Shown one piece after another: positions 25,318 to 40,418 of a DNA stretch of 64,000 bases (positions are counted from its first letter, which is position 1; each line of letters starts with the position of its first letter). Position numbers and translations under genes: made by a program. Source of the stretch: the human T2T-CHM13v2.0 reference genome, Homo sapiens; NCBI RefSeq assembly GCF_009914755.1, contig NC_060929.1; one strand, written 5' to 3'. The notes under the pieces are model-generated. The model had not been told where the DNA came from. It worked only from the letters and a program-made list of their open reading frames with translations, and ran no database searches.

Positions 25318-26270
25318 CTTCACAGCTGAGAAAACAAGTCAAAATATGTTAAGTGCCTTGTCCATTAATACCAGGTTACTGACTCAAATCTCCTACTTTC
25401 TATTCAGGGATCTAAAACAGAACAATTGAATAATTGTTTCCAAGGGTTATTTACATCAATGTTTGCACTTATATGTCAAATGTAATATTTATTTATTCAA
25501 AAGCCTTTCCAGCTTTTGTTTTCTCATAGTCATTACTGACTAGCAGTAAGAGAAAGTGAGAAAGAGCATATGGAGTGTATTTTTTACATTTTTGCATTTT
25601 CAGAAAATTATTGTTTTAGGGGTATTAATTTCTTATCTTTCATAAGTTGAGGTTTGTATATGCATCATAAAAAAGGATGACATTCTTATAAGTATCTCTT
25701 ATCTGCTTATGAGTATTAATTTCTGTTTTAAACATTAATATGTAAATATAAATGCTTAGGATAATCAGATCCAAACCTTTTATTTAAGATAGCTAAATAT
25801 TAAGGCTTCAGAAAATATTATAACAGGAATAATGTGATTTATAAAGACAATAAAAACAAAAAGAGGGAGGAAATATGGCAATGTTAATATATTCTGTTAG
25901 GCTTAAAAAGGGAAGTAATTCTGTCTTTCCAAACAGAAGCCATTAACCACAAACTGATTGTAATTAGATAATATTCTTTGCTTTGTAAAGCTTAAAAAAA
26001 GATAGCATCTCAGCGCTGAGTAAAATATTTATGACTTGAACTTGTGTATACATCACAATTTAATAATGATCTTTTATATGAAAAGTAGTAGTTTCTTAAA
26101 GAAAGTCTCTCGATAAAATGACGCATAAATAATTGTCCAGGAATTCAGTAAAAAACATTTTTCTCTTTTCTGAAAGTTTTAAATATAGATATTGCTTATT
26201 TTAGGAAACAGTTTCAATTTGTCACATATCTTTATCCTGTAGAGCAATAAAGCTTAATGTATTATTTCTA

Positions 26271-26557
26271 CAGTCATGTGCTAAATAACAATGTTTTGGT
26301 CAATAACTGATAGCATATATGTTTGTGGTCCCATAAGATTATAATGGAGCTGAAAAATTCCTATTGCCTGGTGATATCATCCTAGCCAACATAATGTCAT
26401 AGCACAACATATTACTCACCTGTTTGTTGTGATGTTGGTGTTGTGATGTTGGTGTAAACAAACCTACTGTGTTGTCAGCCATGTAAAAGTATAGCAGATA
26501 CAATTATGTAGAGTACATAACACGTGATAAAAATCATAAATGACGATGCTATTGGTT
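26271..26557 (+). mobile_element. Tigger3 (MER7/Golem-type) DNA transposon, one end missing
   Basis: TA followed by CAGTCATG...gtggtcccataagattataatggagctgaaaaattcctatt matches the Tigger3 terminus. Confidence 0.8.
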
Positions 26558-26903
26558 CAAGGAATGTTTGTCAATTTGTTTGTGTCCTCTCTTATTTCAT
26601 TGATCAGTGGTTTGTAGTTCTCCTTGGAGAGGTCCTTAATGTTCCTTGTAAGTTGTATTCCTAGGTATTTTATTCTTTTTGTAGTGATTGTGAATGCGAG
26701 TTCACTCATGATTTGGCTCTCTGCTTGTCTGTTTGGTGTGTAGGAATGCTTGTGGTTTTTCCACATTGATTTTGTGTCCTGAGACTTTGCTGAAGTTGCT
26801 TATCAGCTTAAGGAGTTTCGGGGCTGAGACGATGGGGTTTCTAAAAATAGTCATGTCACCTGCAAACAGAGACAATTTGACTTCCTCTCTTCCTATTTGA
26901 ATA
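26558..26903 (-). mobile_element. Internal L1PA ORF2 fragment
   Basis: ORF 26557-26766 [29 protein letters not shown]...; no 3'UTR or poly-A. Confidence 0.9.
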
Positions 26904-29900
26904 AATGTTTACAAAACATACATAGTTAAGATAACCTTAAGATGTTCAAGTTGCAAAGTCCATGTTGGTATTGGAATTCTAAACTTCTAACTAATAAAAT
27001 CTTTTGTGGCAGTGCAAGGGTCATCATACTGTGTGCTGACAAGTACTTTGTAATGTTATCTTTGCCTGGTTTAATGAAACATGTATGAGGTGTTTTGACA
27101 CAGGCTTTACTGTTGTGAAAGACAACCGAGTGATGGTTTGCTAGTGGAAGACCCAGGCAGTGATGCCTTTTCTTCCAAATAAACTTTATTCTGAACTAGA
27201 CATAAAATATTCTAGTTATTAGAAATTTGAAATTCTAACAAATTACAACATTGAATAAAGAAAATCACTTCTAATGGCATCTCTATCTCATAGGGTGAGA
27301 TAGATTTTCCCAACTAGATTGAAAAACATCTTTCTAATATGTGTAGATTCCATTAGAGAAAAGGAAACTAAACTTATTTTAAAAATTAGATGCCCTAAAT
27401 TTAATGTACTTTTTGATCTTTAAATTTATAGTAATAAGAATTTCTTTTAAAAATAATAGTTCCCTTCGAAATCAGTAGCAAGACACACGTGAATACCACC
27501 ATTGCTGTTATCTAGCATTCTTCTGGAAGTTCTGCTCAACTTAATTTGATAAGAGAAATGCACAAGAGATATACAAACTGGAAAATAGGAGACAAAAATT
27601 GTCACTATTTTTAGATATGACGATACTTAGAAAATTTAGATATGATGCTACTTAGAAAACTGACTTAAACATATTAAAAACTATAAGATACTTTGGTGAG
27701 GTTATAAAATCTATGAAAAAGAAGATTAACAAAAAGATAAAATACCCAGAAATCAAATTCATTTGTAATGTTGAGGAGCTACAGAAAAAAAAATGATGGA
27801 ATCCACATAGTCTATTGGCTAAAATTGTAGTCTCTGAAACCAAAAGACGTTTATTTGAAACTCTAAACATGGCCCTCACAAAGATAAAAAATTGGATACA
27901 ACTTTCAAAGATCTTACATCCTAGTGAAGGAGCAAAGACAAAATCAAGAGACCATGATCATACAGCCAACTTCAAGATCATTGCAGGAGCAGATTTAATG
28001 ACCAGAAAGAAACTTGCTAACTATGATGCCTCCTTTCAAAGCCATATTTCATTTCGTTTTGTTTTGGCTTTTAGTTTTGCTTGAGCTGAGGATAAAAAGA
28101 CAGCAGTTTAGAAATAAATGGGAAATAATAAAACAGAAAAAGATGACAGGATCAAGAGAATATAAAACAGAAGATTTAGAATTCTAACTAAATGAAAGGT
28201 TTTTGGAAACAACAAATGACTCTCACAACTGTGTTGAGATTCTCAGGATAGAACTCCGTCTAGGTGATTTAGAAGGGTCTAGCAGAAACAATTGAGCTCA
28301 ATGATAGCTGAAAATCCAACAGGGAGGTACGGTGCAGCTAGGCTGTGTTGTAGGTGCACCAGAAATAAGTCACTACAGTGGGAATCAGCAATGCATCCAT
28401 CTGCAATTCCTGACCATCAATAGCAAAAAGGTGCCAAGACTACAATACATGATCAGAACACACTTATGTGAAACATGGCTCTAGTCTTTTCTGAGTGTGT
28501 AGCTTTCAACATCATGATAATTATAATTTCACTCTAATCAATATAAATGTCTATCAAGAAGAGAGAAAATCAATACAATACCAGTCAGCAGTGATACTAT
28601 AGACAGTGATAGGAGCCTACCTGACATTTAAAGCAGGACGCATAGACTTATGTGTAATACATGCTGCCATTTATGTTAAGAGAAAAAAATGTGTATGTGT
28701 ATCTGGTTAATTTGCTCAAATATGCATAGCAAATTCAGTGGAAGATACAAGAACAGTATTTGCCTCTAGGGATGAAGACTATGGCTACTGAATACAGAAC
28801 TTTCATCAAATTTGAAATATATTATGACAAATATGCATTACATTTAATATAAAAAACTGAATAAAATAATGCAATATATATCTATATATTTATGTATTTT
28901 TAGACTATGGCTATATATATGTAAAATAAGAAACCTATTGAAAGTTATACAAAAATATTAATAGTGGCCATCTCTGGCAGTATATTTACAAAATTTTTTT
29001 TCTGTTTTCCAAATATTTGTTAACATATATTAATATGAGAGTCAGCAAAAAATAATTTTTATAATAATAGATGTAAAAAGTTAATCAACTTTTACGTTTT
29101 AACGTTCTGAATAAATTTTAAACGGCATAATCACAAAAAGTACTCCAAAGTAACACTCTTCCCTTTTCTCTTTTGACCCTTAGAGGAATCTGTACTGAGG
29201 CAAATTGGAACATTGTCTTCATATCTAAAGCAGTCAAAACAAAAACACAAACCAGAGCAACTTCATTTGGGTTTCAGTTGAGAATGAAATGTAATAAATA
29301 ATAATGTATAAAGTAAATAGTTTAGAACCTGGCTCTTGGTTAAATTCAGTAGATGTTAATTTCCTTCCTCTTTTTCTTTAGGATCCTTTTGTTTTAGAGA
29401 CAGAAAGAGAAATGGGCCCTATTGTCTCTGGAGATGCTGGGGATGAGCCCAGCTTGCTTTGCTCTTTTATTGGCCATGTGAAATAAAGAACTAAAATGAC
29501 CATCCAATAAGCTCAATTCCTAAAACTCTGCTAAATCAAAGATAATAATGTGAACAAATGCTTATTAGATAGTATGTGAAGAGAAACTAAAATGAAAAGC
29601 TCATGCCGGGAAAGCCCAGTGACTGTGATTTAATTTTTATTTTCTAGAGTGGATGCCTGTGTGGTTTCGAATCAAATCTGCTCATGCTTATGAATCTTGC
29701 TGGTATAGAAGCCCTGCCATTCACTACTGTAGGGATGATCCCCATGTGGAGAAACTGACAAAAGCCTTTTTTCTGGAGTGGAGCTGGAAGTTACTCCTAA
29801 CTATCTCAGTGTTAAAGCAGCAGGGGATGAGGAGAAATTCTTGAAAATGCTGTCACATCAAAACCAACTTCTTATAGAATGCCACAGTGAAGAGTGGACT

Positions 29901-29969
29901 TCTCAGGACAACCCACTTACTATAGATGCTCAGATTCTGAAACAATTTTGAAATACTTCAATACTCTAA

Positions 29970-30316
<347 letters not shown>

Positions 30317-33300
30317 AAAAGCACATTTTAAAAAGTGTATTAAATACTTAGTCAAGAAAAGGAAACCAAAATTGAAGAAGTGCTCCCTCCCTGTGTGTCA
30401 GTCATCATGTAAGGTACTTTGCATGTGTTCTCACAACCACTCTGAATGAACAGATGAGGCAACAGATAACTCAGAGGTTGAGTGCACAGACCAAGGTCAA
30501 CTCTGCCTGAAAAGATCAGGGCCTATGTGCCAGCTTTCTTTTACCTGAAAGAAAACCCTGTCCTCTTCACTATAGCATGCCATCTCAATACATTGAACTT
30601 CCATGTAGCTTCCTCATGCGGATGCTTTTGAATATTGTAATCACAGAATTTTAGTCCTGCACTCTCAACCCATCAGTAAATTGTTCATCACCCATAAGAA
30701 GAATCAACTTCCTACAAACATCTCCCATGTATTCGTAGCCATCAATATAGAGATGATCACTTACAGAGTAATATTGTAAAAAGGACAGTGACTACATTGC
30801 TTTAAGTCTGAACTTTTACAGAAAATTCTGGCACCTTTATTTTCAGTGTTTCCCCTAATGATAATAATAATTGGCACAAAAGAAAGGGACCCAGTTGTAT
30901 TGCAAAATACATATGTATTACAAAATGTTGGCAGTGGAGAAATGCATTTATGCAGGCTAGATAGGGGAAGCAATGATTTGTGTACTATTTTTGTCTTTGT
31001 CTTTGTCTTTGACAGCCAGTATCTCTATAAGAATAAGTCAGTTGATATGTTTTGGGTGGAGATTTCAGGGTAGATAATCCCATTAGCTCTTTGAGAGGAT
31101 GAACTACAGAAACACGAGATTTGGCCTCTATTGTGTGAAATACTTATATATGACACATGTGCACAATTTGAGGCAGAACACATTATTCAGAAAGAACCAA
31201 TTTTCCTTTGAACAAGAAAAGAACTTACAAATTATGTCGGAATGTTAATATAGCATGTCATCATTTTCTGTTATTGAGGAAATGTTATAATCTGGGTGAA
31301 CATAGAAGCTACAATTTATGAAGTATTTCTTCCATGAAGTGACCCACCAAAGTCAGCATATTCTACAAATGACTTAGCTGTTTTGCTGTACACCAAATAG
31401 TCATCAGGAATTATCATTGTGGCCCAAATGGCACACCATTAAAAATCCAAGGTCACTTAGATTTGACTGAGGGCGTACTTTCAGAAACAGGCAATTATGC
31501 TTTTGATTTTAAAGGCAAAGAAACAACTGTACTTAAGGTTAGCATTTTAATTGCTTAGCAACACAGGTAACTGACAAAGGAAGATAGTTTTTATTTATGC
31601 TTCATCAAGTTCTTTCCTCACAGAATACTTTTTCTACCTAGAGTTTCTTTATTTTAAAGTTTAATTTTATATATATTTTAAATCCTGCTGCTGAGAATTA
31701 CTTTCCTCCAAGACTGCGTAAAGAGTATAGTAAGTGGAAAAAAGGAAGAATCCTGCTTCACACATTAAACAACACGAGAAAAGCAGGTCTTTCCACAAAG
31801 GGAACATGGAATCTTCCTCTGATCCTTTTTGACTTGCCTTAAACCAAATTGCAAGATCCTATAAACCATTTGGAAAAGAATAGAGCTCAAGGGTTTGAAA
31901 TCACCTTATATTCTTACAATCATCTTATTTTTTCCCATTAGTGGTCACTCTCCTTCATTTTTTCTCTTACTATTCCTAAGAATATATTAAATAATATATT
32001 TAGCAAACATTTATTGAATTATTACAGGCAAATCCAAATTATTACAGTTACTGTAAAAGATCCCCTTTACTTAGAGTACATTGCAGGAACTCAAAAGATA
32101 AAGAGTATCTTTTTACTCTGATTTTCAAGAGTTTAAAATTACAGTGATGTAAAGACAAGTATAAGAACTACTCTAAAGCAGAATCTGATCATGGGGATAA
32201 AAAAAGACACAAAGGATGTACTTGAGAGAGGGAAACAATCTTGGGAGAAAAGATCATTTGTAATTGAGGGGACCAGGGTAAAATTGTATGAAGAAAAATA
32301 TCTTTAAACCAGACTTTAACTTCAGGTGGGTGATGGTTAGGGAAGAATTGATAAATGATGTCATGACTAAAACAGATGCAAAAATCAGAAAACAATGAAA
32401 TGAGATTGAAATAAGATGTTTTTCCGGACCACAGACTGCACAAAAAGTAGTAGAAAATGAGATTGGTTTTACAATAGTTTTAGCTTGGAAATTATGTGAC
32501 TGATCAAAAAATTATTGTATGCCAGTACAGAACCTGTGACAGATACAATTAATCACTGGAGATGGGCTGTCTCAGGAAAGGGCATAGCCTTCAGCAAGGT
32601 GTTTGAGCAGCAGAAGCAAGTTTAGAGGGGATGATTGTTGATGGTTTCTGCTGACCATATACCCCGACAGCTAGGTGCAAGTCCTTTACTAATGAGAACT
32701 GTACAGAGCCCTCCTTGTCCACCACACTTCACTCCTCTGCCTCTCACATCATCTTGGTTCATAGACATTCTGGGAGCAGTTCTTCCAGGACTCCATCAAA
32801 TCTTTCTTTCACAGGAAAATCTAGAAGCAAAGGAACTGCAGCTCCCTTCACAGGCTCTGCAGCTGCTCTTGAGACCGAAATTGGTCAGCTCTTCTACCAC
32901 TATCCATTCAACATACCCATCACCATCAGCTGGTCTCTAGGTTGGTCTTGGTAGTTTAGGTGGTAACATGACACAGGCTCTTATCCCAGAGGAATCCAAG
33001 ATGTTGATCTCTGTGGCCTTCTAAGGCCAAGTTTGCAGCGCGTGTGTGTTCGTCATTTATGTTGGACACAGCAATACCACAAGATGTTCAAATGAATGGC
33101 CTGGGCACTAAATGTAGTCATCTAGTTGAGCAATGCTGGATGACATGGGAGAGATGAATTCAATGAAACCACAATCCAAATAATTACAGTTACTAAGAAA
33201 AGCCCCTTCTAAAGAAATTTAGTTTATCTGCCACATTACCTGGGTATGTAAAAATTTAATTCGAATCAGTTTGTGAAAGCTACAAAAATCAAGCTGATTT

Positions 33301-33815
33301 CGTAAGCAAAAACCACCATTTTGCACCTAGCTTCAATTCTTATGCAAGGACACTTTTGAAAACATTAACATTACAGAAAAGCACTACATGCATATTGAAA
33401 ATGTTCCCATGCTTTCACAGGTTTTGAGAATACGAACATGTCATGTGAGTCAAAGTTTAGGTACTACATGATTTTTCCGAAAGAGTAAAAGGAACAACTC
33501 ATTATTCTGAACCTGATTCCAAGAGACATGATAAAAGTGAAATGCAAGCTTTTCTGGGCTACATTTATAAAACTATTCTGATAAGCTGTTTATAAAAGGA
33601 TACTATAATTATAACAAAATTCTTATAGAAGTGATGAAAACTGATTGTCATAACAATCATTGTCACCATAGGATAGGACACATACTAACAAGTTGTCTTA
33701 GTGATTTAGTAGCATCAAGATTCATATTCTTCAGGAGAAAAAAAGCAGCAAAAACCAATATTTATAATATCAAAGAATAATATCCAAAGTCTGCATGTGT
33801 AGATGGATGCAAATA

Positions 33816-33857
<42 letters not shown>

Positions 33858-33858
<1 letters not shown>

Positions 33859-34152
33859 TTTTTTTTTTTTTGAGACGGAGTCTCGCTCTGTCGCCCAGGC
33901 TGGAGTGCAGTGGCGTGATCTTGGCTTACTGCAACCTCTGCCTCCCAGGTTCAAGAGATTCTCCTGCCTCACCCTTCTGAGTAGCTGCGAATACAGGTGC
34001 CCACCACCATGCCTGGCTAATTTTTTGTATTTTTAGTAGAGATGGGGTTTCACCATGTTAGCCAGGATGGTCTCCATCTCCTGACCTCATGATCTGCCTG
34101 CCTCGGCCTCCCAAAGTACTGAGATTACAGGTGTGAGCCACCACGCCTGGCC
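33858..34152 (-). mobile_element. AluSc-like
   Basis: Reverse Alu preceded by (GT)n(AT)n. Confidence 0.95.
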
Positions 34153-34224
34153 ACAAATATACATATTAATACACTCTAATCATTCTAGCAAATCAGTTGT
34201 GCAGAGGCATTGAGATCTCATGGG

Positions 34225-34420
34225 GAAATGCCTAGTTTTCAGTTTGCAGACTTTGTCTGAAAACCTTCTCTGCCACCTTATGTCATGTAGGGAAGTCATG
34301 TGAACTTACTCTGCTTCAGTTTTCTCATCTGCACAATATGGTTGAAAAGATCAAATGGAACAGTATGCATGAAGGACTCTGGCCTTACTTGTCACAGAGA
34401 GCGTGCTCAGAAATTGCTGA
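34225..34420 (+). mobile_element. MIR
   Basis: MIR core ctctgcttcagttttctcatctgcacaat. Confidence 0.6.
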
Positions 34421-34744
34421 TTCTCCTCCTTGTTGCTGAAAGTACGGAAAAATAAGGCTTATTTCTTATCAAGTATCAGTTATTTTCTCTCAACCTCAGT
34501 AGTTCCAGTACACTAAAAATATGTTGTTCAGTATCATTAGGGGTTAAAGAACAAAATTAGTGCCAGCAGCAGAAATCTTGTAACACTGGAAACATCAGAT
34601 AGGAAATTAAAATAGAGTAGAAATGGGTTAGGTTCAGGTTTTCACTTTTAAAACAACATTTACTGAGGGGTAACAATTTTTACTGAGGGATTAAGTTGTG
34701 AGGGGTATATACTGTTGTATACTACTTAGGCAGCAGTTGTCTTG

Positions 34745-36761
34745 TGATATGGTTTGGCTCTGTGTCCCCACCAAAATCTCATCTTGATTTCTACTCCCAT
34801 AATTCCCATATGTTGTGGGAAGGACCCAGTGGCAGATAATTTGAATCATGGGGGTGGTTTCCCCTACGCTGTTCTCAAGGTAGTGAATAAGTCTCACAAG
34901 ACCTGGTTTTATCAGGGGTTTCTGTTTTTGCATCTTCCTCATTTTCTCTTGCTGCCACCATGTAAGAAGTGCCTTTCACCTCCCACCGTGATTCTGAGGC
35001 CTCACCCGCCATGTGGAACTGTAAGTTTAATTGAACCTCTTTTTATTCCCAGGCTCAGGTATGTCTTTATCAGCAGCATGAAAATGGACTAGTATAGTAA
35101 ATTGATACTAGTAGAGTGGGGTGTTGCTGAATAGATATCCAGAAATGTAGAAGCAACTTTGGAACTGGGTAACAGGCAGTGGTTGGAATGGTTTGGAAGT
35201 CTCAGAAGAAGATGGGAAAATGTGGGAAAGTTTGGAACTTCCTAGAGACTTGTTGAATGGCTTTGTCCAAAATGCTGTTAGTGATATGGACAGTAAGGTC
35301 CAGGGTGAAGTGGTCTCAGATGGAAATGAGAACTTGTTGAGGAGAAATTCAAGCTGGCTGCAGAAATTTGCATAAGTAACAAGGAGCCTAATGTTAATCC
35401 CCAAGACAAGGGGGAAAATGTCTCCAGGGCATGTCATAGGTCTTCAGGGAAGACCCTCCCATCACAGACCCTGAAGCCTAGGAGGAAAAAATGGTTTTGT
35501 GGGCCAGGCGCAGGGTCCCCATGCTGTGTGCAGCCTAGGGACTTGGTGCCCTGTGTCCCAGCTGCTCCAGCCATTGCTGAAAGGAGCCAAGGTACAGCTC
35601 AGCACATGGTTTCAGAGGGTACAAGTCCCAAACCGTGGCAGCTTCACGTGGTGTTGAGCCTGTGGGTACACAGAGGTCTAGAATTGAGGTTTGGGAACCT
35701 CTGCCTAGATTTCAGAAGATGTATGGAAATGCCTGGATGCCCAGATAAAAGTTTGCTGCAGGGGTAGGGCCCTCATGGAAAACCTCTGGTAGGTCAGTGC
35801 AGAAAGGAAATATGGGGTCAGAGGCTCCACACAGAGTCCCTACTGGGGCACTGCCTAGTGGAGCTGTGAGAAGAGGGCCACTGTCCTCCAGACCCAGAAT
35901 GGTAGATCCACTGACAGCTTGCACCGTGTACTTGGAAAAGCAACAGACAATGCCAGCCAGTGTAAGCAGCCAGGAGGGGGGCCATGCTCTGCAAAGCCAC
36001 AGGGGTGGAGTTACCCAAGACTATGGGAACCTACCTCTTGCCCAGCATGACCTGGATGTGAGACCTGGAGGCAAAGGAGGTCATTTTGGAGCTTTAAGAT
36101 TTGACTGCCCTGCTGGATTTCGGATTTTCATGGGCTCTGTAACCCCTTTGTTTTGTCCAATTTCTCCCATTTGGAATGGCTGTATTTACCTAATGCCTGT
36201 TCCCTCACTGTATCTAGGAAGTAACTAGCTTGCTTTTGAATTTACAGGTTCATAGGCGGAAGGGACTTGCCTTGTCTCAGATGAGAGTTTGGACTGTGGA
36301 CTTTTGGGTTAATGCTGAAAGGTGTTAAGACTTTGGGGAACTGTTGGGAGGGCATGATTAGTTTTGAAATGTGAGGACATGAGATTTGAAGGGGTCAGGG
36401 GTGGAATGATATGGTTCAGCTCTGTGTCCCCACCCAAATCTCATCTCCAATTGTAGTTCCATAATTCCCACGTGTTGTGGGAGGGACCTGGTGGGACATA
36501 ATTTGAATCATGGGAGCAGTTTCCCCCATACTGTTCTTGTGGTAATGAAATAAGTCTCACAAGATCTGATGGTTTTATCAGGAGTTTCTGCTTTTGCATC
36601 TTCTTCATTTTCTCTTGCTGCCACCATGTAAGAAGTGCCTTTTTCCTCCTACCATGATTCTGAGGCCTTCCCAGCCATGTGAAACTGTAAGTCCAATTAA
36701 ACCTCTTTTTCTTCCCAGTCTCAGTATGTCTTTATCAACAGCATGAAAACAGATGAATACA
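34745..36761 (+). mobile_element. Complete THE1 (THE1A-like) element: LTR 34745-35096, internal 35097-36406, LTR 36407-36761
   Basis: Both LTRs start TGATATGG; polypurine tract before the 3' LTR; perfect 5-bp TSD TCTTG (34740-34744 / 36762-36766); internal region looks shortened by a deletion near 35340. Confidence 0.95.
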
Positions 36762-37414
36762 TCTTGTGTGTGTGTTTTGTTGATTTGTTTTTTGTTTGTT
36801 CCTCTTCAAGGAGCTCAGGAATAAAGAAGCATTTTTCAAGCTCACATGACTTGTTTTGCCAAGGAATCAGCCTGAAATCATAATTAAAGTTTGCAAAGCA
36901 TGAATAAGGCTATATCTAATTTAGCAAGTTTGTAATTCCTTCTCCCTGCCTCTATCCCTGGCCTCACCTATCTTCTCCCTTTTTATCCCACTACCTTCCC
37001 CACGGATCATGACAGCTGCACCAGACTAGGAAAATGAGGCTTTTTGTATTTTTCATTTGGGACACAGTCATTCATGCACAGCATTCAAGTGCTTCCCTAC
37101 TCCACTCTGGCTTCTTTATACGAGGAAAGATAATTTTATATTTAATTTTTGTCTGGTCTTTTTAATAATACTCTGCCTATTCTGTGTAGTAGATAAAGAA
37201 ACAGGAAAATTGAGATCTTATACCCCACCCATTGGACTAGGAGCATTGAACATGAATGCATGGATGGATGCTATTTTTCATGCTACTACTCTCTTCAGTT
37301 GGTCAGCACGATATTGTGGAAGGAGCCCTAGTCTCAGAATCAGAAGATGTCATTTCTGGTCCCCAGTCTGTCATTAGGTCATTAAGTCTCTGAGTTTAGT
37401 TTCTTCCAAAACAA

Positions 37415-37614
37415 AATGTGGAGATCAGATAGGATATTCATGGAAAGACCATTCCAGCTCAAAACTTTTATCACTCTGTGTCACATTTTTCTGAACTACT
37501 CCTATCACCCTCAATGTGGAGATCAGATAGGATGTTCATGGAAGGACCATTCTAGCTCAAAATTTTATCACTCTGTGTCACATTTTTCTGAACTCCTATC
37601 ACCCTCAATGTGGA
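37415..37614. repeat. Tandem duplication with units of 98 and 94 bp
   Basis: AATGTGGA at 37415, 37513 and 37607 delimits two near-identical units. Confidence 0.95.
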
Positions 37615-38196
37615 TTTCATTTGTCAAGTAAACATGGTTGTGTAAAATGAATAAACACTTCTCCTCAACTTCCCCTGTTCTCCTGCTAAAAAAGCTTTAA
37701 CCAGAAGTCTCAATTCAGGCATTCTTTGAGAGCTGTTGAGCAAAACAAGTTTTGAAATCTTTTTTTTTTTTTTTGAATCTAAGATTCTAAGCGTTTAATG
37801 TTACAAAATTTAAACATTTACTGAGGAAGAGAAACATCCTTGTCAGGTTTCACGCAGGCTCATGTCCAATTTCATTGCCTTCTAATGGGCAAATGCTCAA
37901 TTCAACACATGCACATTGCCACTTGGGTAAATACATGCAGTGAATTGCAGTTCCTGGGCATTTTGTTTAATTTTCCAATCTTCTTCAGCTCTCCTCTCTT
38001 TATATTTCAAGAAAGAAGTAGGTTTAGAAACTTTCATGACATGTGCACTGTAAGTGCAATAATATGCTTAGCAGGTTAAAGTTTTATCTCTTTTTTTGAA
38101 GGAAGATTATGAATAAAAATGATGTGTGCTTATTGAACAGTGATTGCTACTGCTCTTAATAGAATGAAACTCCTGTATCAAGCTCCCTTTCGATTC

Positions 38197-38515
<319 letters not shown>

Positions 38516-38695
38516 TGATCATCTTCTCATAGTGGTGAGTGGGTCCGCGTAACAAAATTAAGTACAGAAAAGGATTTCTCATCAGTAGGTAAAGAAACAG
38601 AGTCTTTTTACCTATATATTCATAGGGTGCTTAAATGTTTTTCAGAGGCATTAATAATTCTTAAAGTGTTATTTTACTATTTTCCTGGATAATAA

Positions 38696-39233
<538 letters not shown>

Positions 39234-39269
39234 ACGTGTTCCTAATACTAATATTGATAAGGGTAACAG

Positions 39270-39500
39270 TAGTTGTTATGAAAACGACTACCAAATATTG
39301 AGCACTGTTGTAGTGTCAGGTACTAAGCTAAATGCTTTACATGGTTTACATGTTTAATCCTCCAACAACCCACTGGAACATTGTTAACATACACATTTTG
39401 CAGATAAGGAAATTGCAGCTTAGACACAATACATACTTTATACAAGGTTACGAGGAGAGAAATAGAAGAGATATCAAGCATTCTAACTGCTGAGCTCCAG
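39270..39500 (-). mobile_element. MIR
   Basis: gtcaggtactaagctaaatgctttac...tttaatcctccaacaaccc...attttgcagataaggaaa. Confidence 0.65.
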
Positions 39501-39673
39501 AGGCAACATTTTCATGGTATGCTAGATATCTCTGGTTGAGTGTTCTATAGATAGTTCAAATTCAACATATCAAAATGCAAACATATTATCTACCCTCAAT
39601 CTCTATCTCCAAAAATAAAAATTCAATGAATGTGCTTTCTCTATGTGCCCCCTTTCTGCTAAAGTCTTTAGGG

Positions 39674-39743
39674 GACTTTTGGGATATGTTGGGAAGGCAT
39701 GATTTGTTTTGAAATGTGAGGACATGAGATTTGAAAGGGCCAG
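39674..39743 (+). mobile_element. Isolated 70-bp THE1-internal 3' fragment
   Basis: 63/70 identical to 36329-36398 by manual alignment. Confidence 0.85.
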
Positions 39744-39955
39744 TTATCTCCCAAGTTTCCTTGAGAGAATATTTTATGCCAAACCTCAACATTTTCTTTT
39801 TTTCTCACCTTATCTTATCTTCATATTCACTTTGTCATTCATATTAATTTACAGTTTAAATATTATTTATTTGTTTCCTCAATGTCATCCCTGTCATTAC
39901 CTGAGCTTTGGTCCCTTATTGTTTGCTTAAATTTTGGTAAAGTCTTATAACCAGT

Positions 39956-40418
39956 TGTTAGAGGTTTAATGGTATCCTTCCCAAGTTCACACATTGAATT
40001 CCTAAGCACAGTACTTCAGAATGTGATCTTATTTAGAGATATGGTCTTTATAAGGGTAATCAAACTAAAATTAGGTCATTAGGGTGTGCCCTAATCCAGT
40101 AATACTAGTGTTCTTATAAAAAGGGGAAATTTGGACACAGAAACACACATACGCACAGGGAGAACGCCATGTGAATGTGAATGCAAAGATTGGGTTGATG
40201 TATCTACAAGCCAAGGAACACTCAAAGTTGCCAGAAAGCCACTAGAAGGTTCTTACCTCATGGAACGGATTCTTCCTCATAGTACTCAGAGGAAACTAAC
40301 CTTGCTGACACCTCCATCTTAAACTTCTAACTTCCAGAACGTTGAAATAATAAACTACCATTGTTTAAGCCATGCTATTTGTGATACTTTGTTATGGCAG
40401 CCCTAGCAAACTAATGCA
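39956..40418 (+). mobile_element. MLT1B/C-like LTR
   Basis: aatgtgatcttatttagagat...ggtcattagggtgtgccctaatccag...ggcagccctagcaaactaatgca. Confidence 0.8.

Noticed and set aside
28180-28500. Higher-complexity stretch that could be a decayed processed pseudogene
   Set aside because: No recognisable peptide, poly-A or TSD; cannot be supported without a search.
32515-33120. LTR/ERVL-like old repeat
   Set aside because: Too degenerate to assign family or boundaries by eye.
35108-36228. ORFs inside the THE1 internal region
   Set aside because: Decayed MaLR internal sequence without a continuous frame.
37415-37614. CRISPR-like repeat-spacer appearance
   Set aside because: The intervening sequences are themselves duplicated, the context is primate DNA and there are no cas genes.
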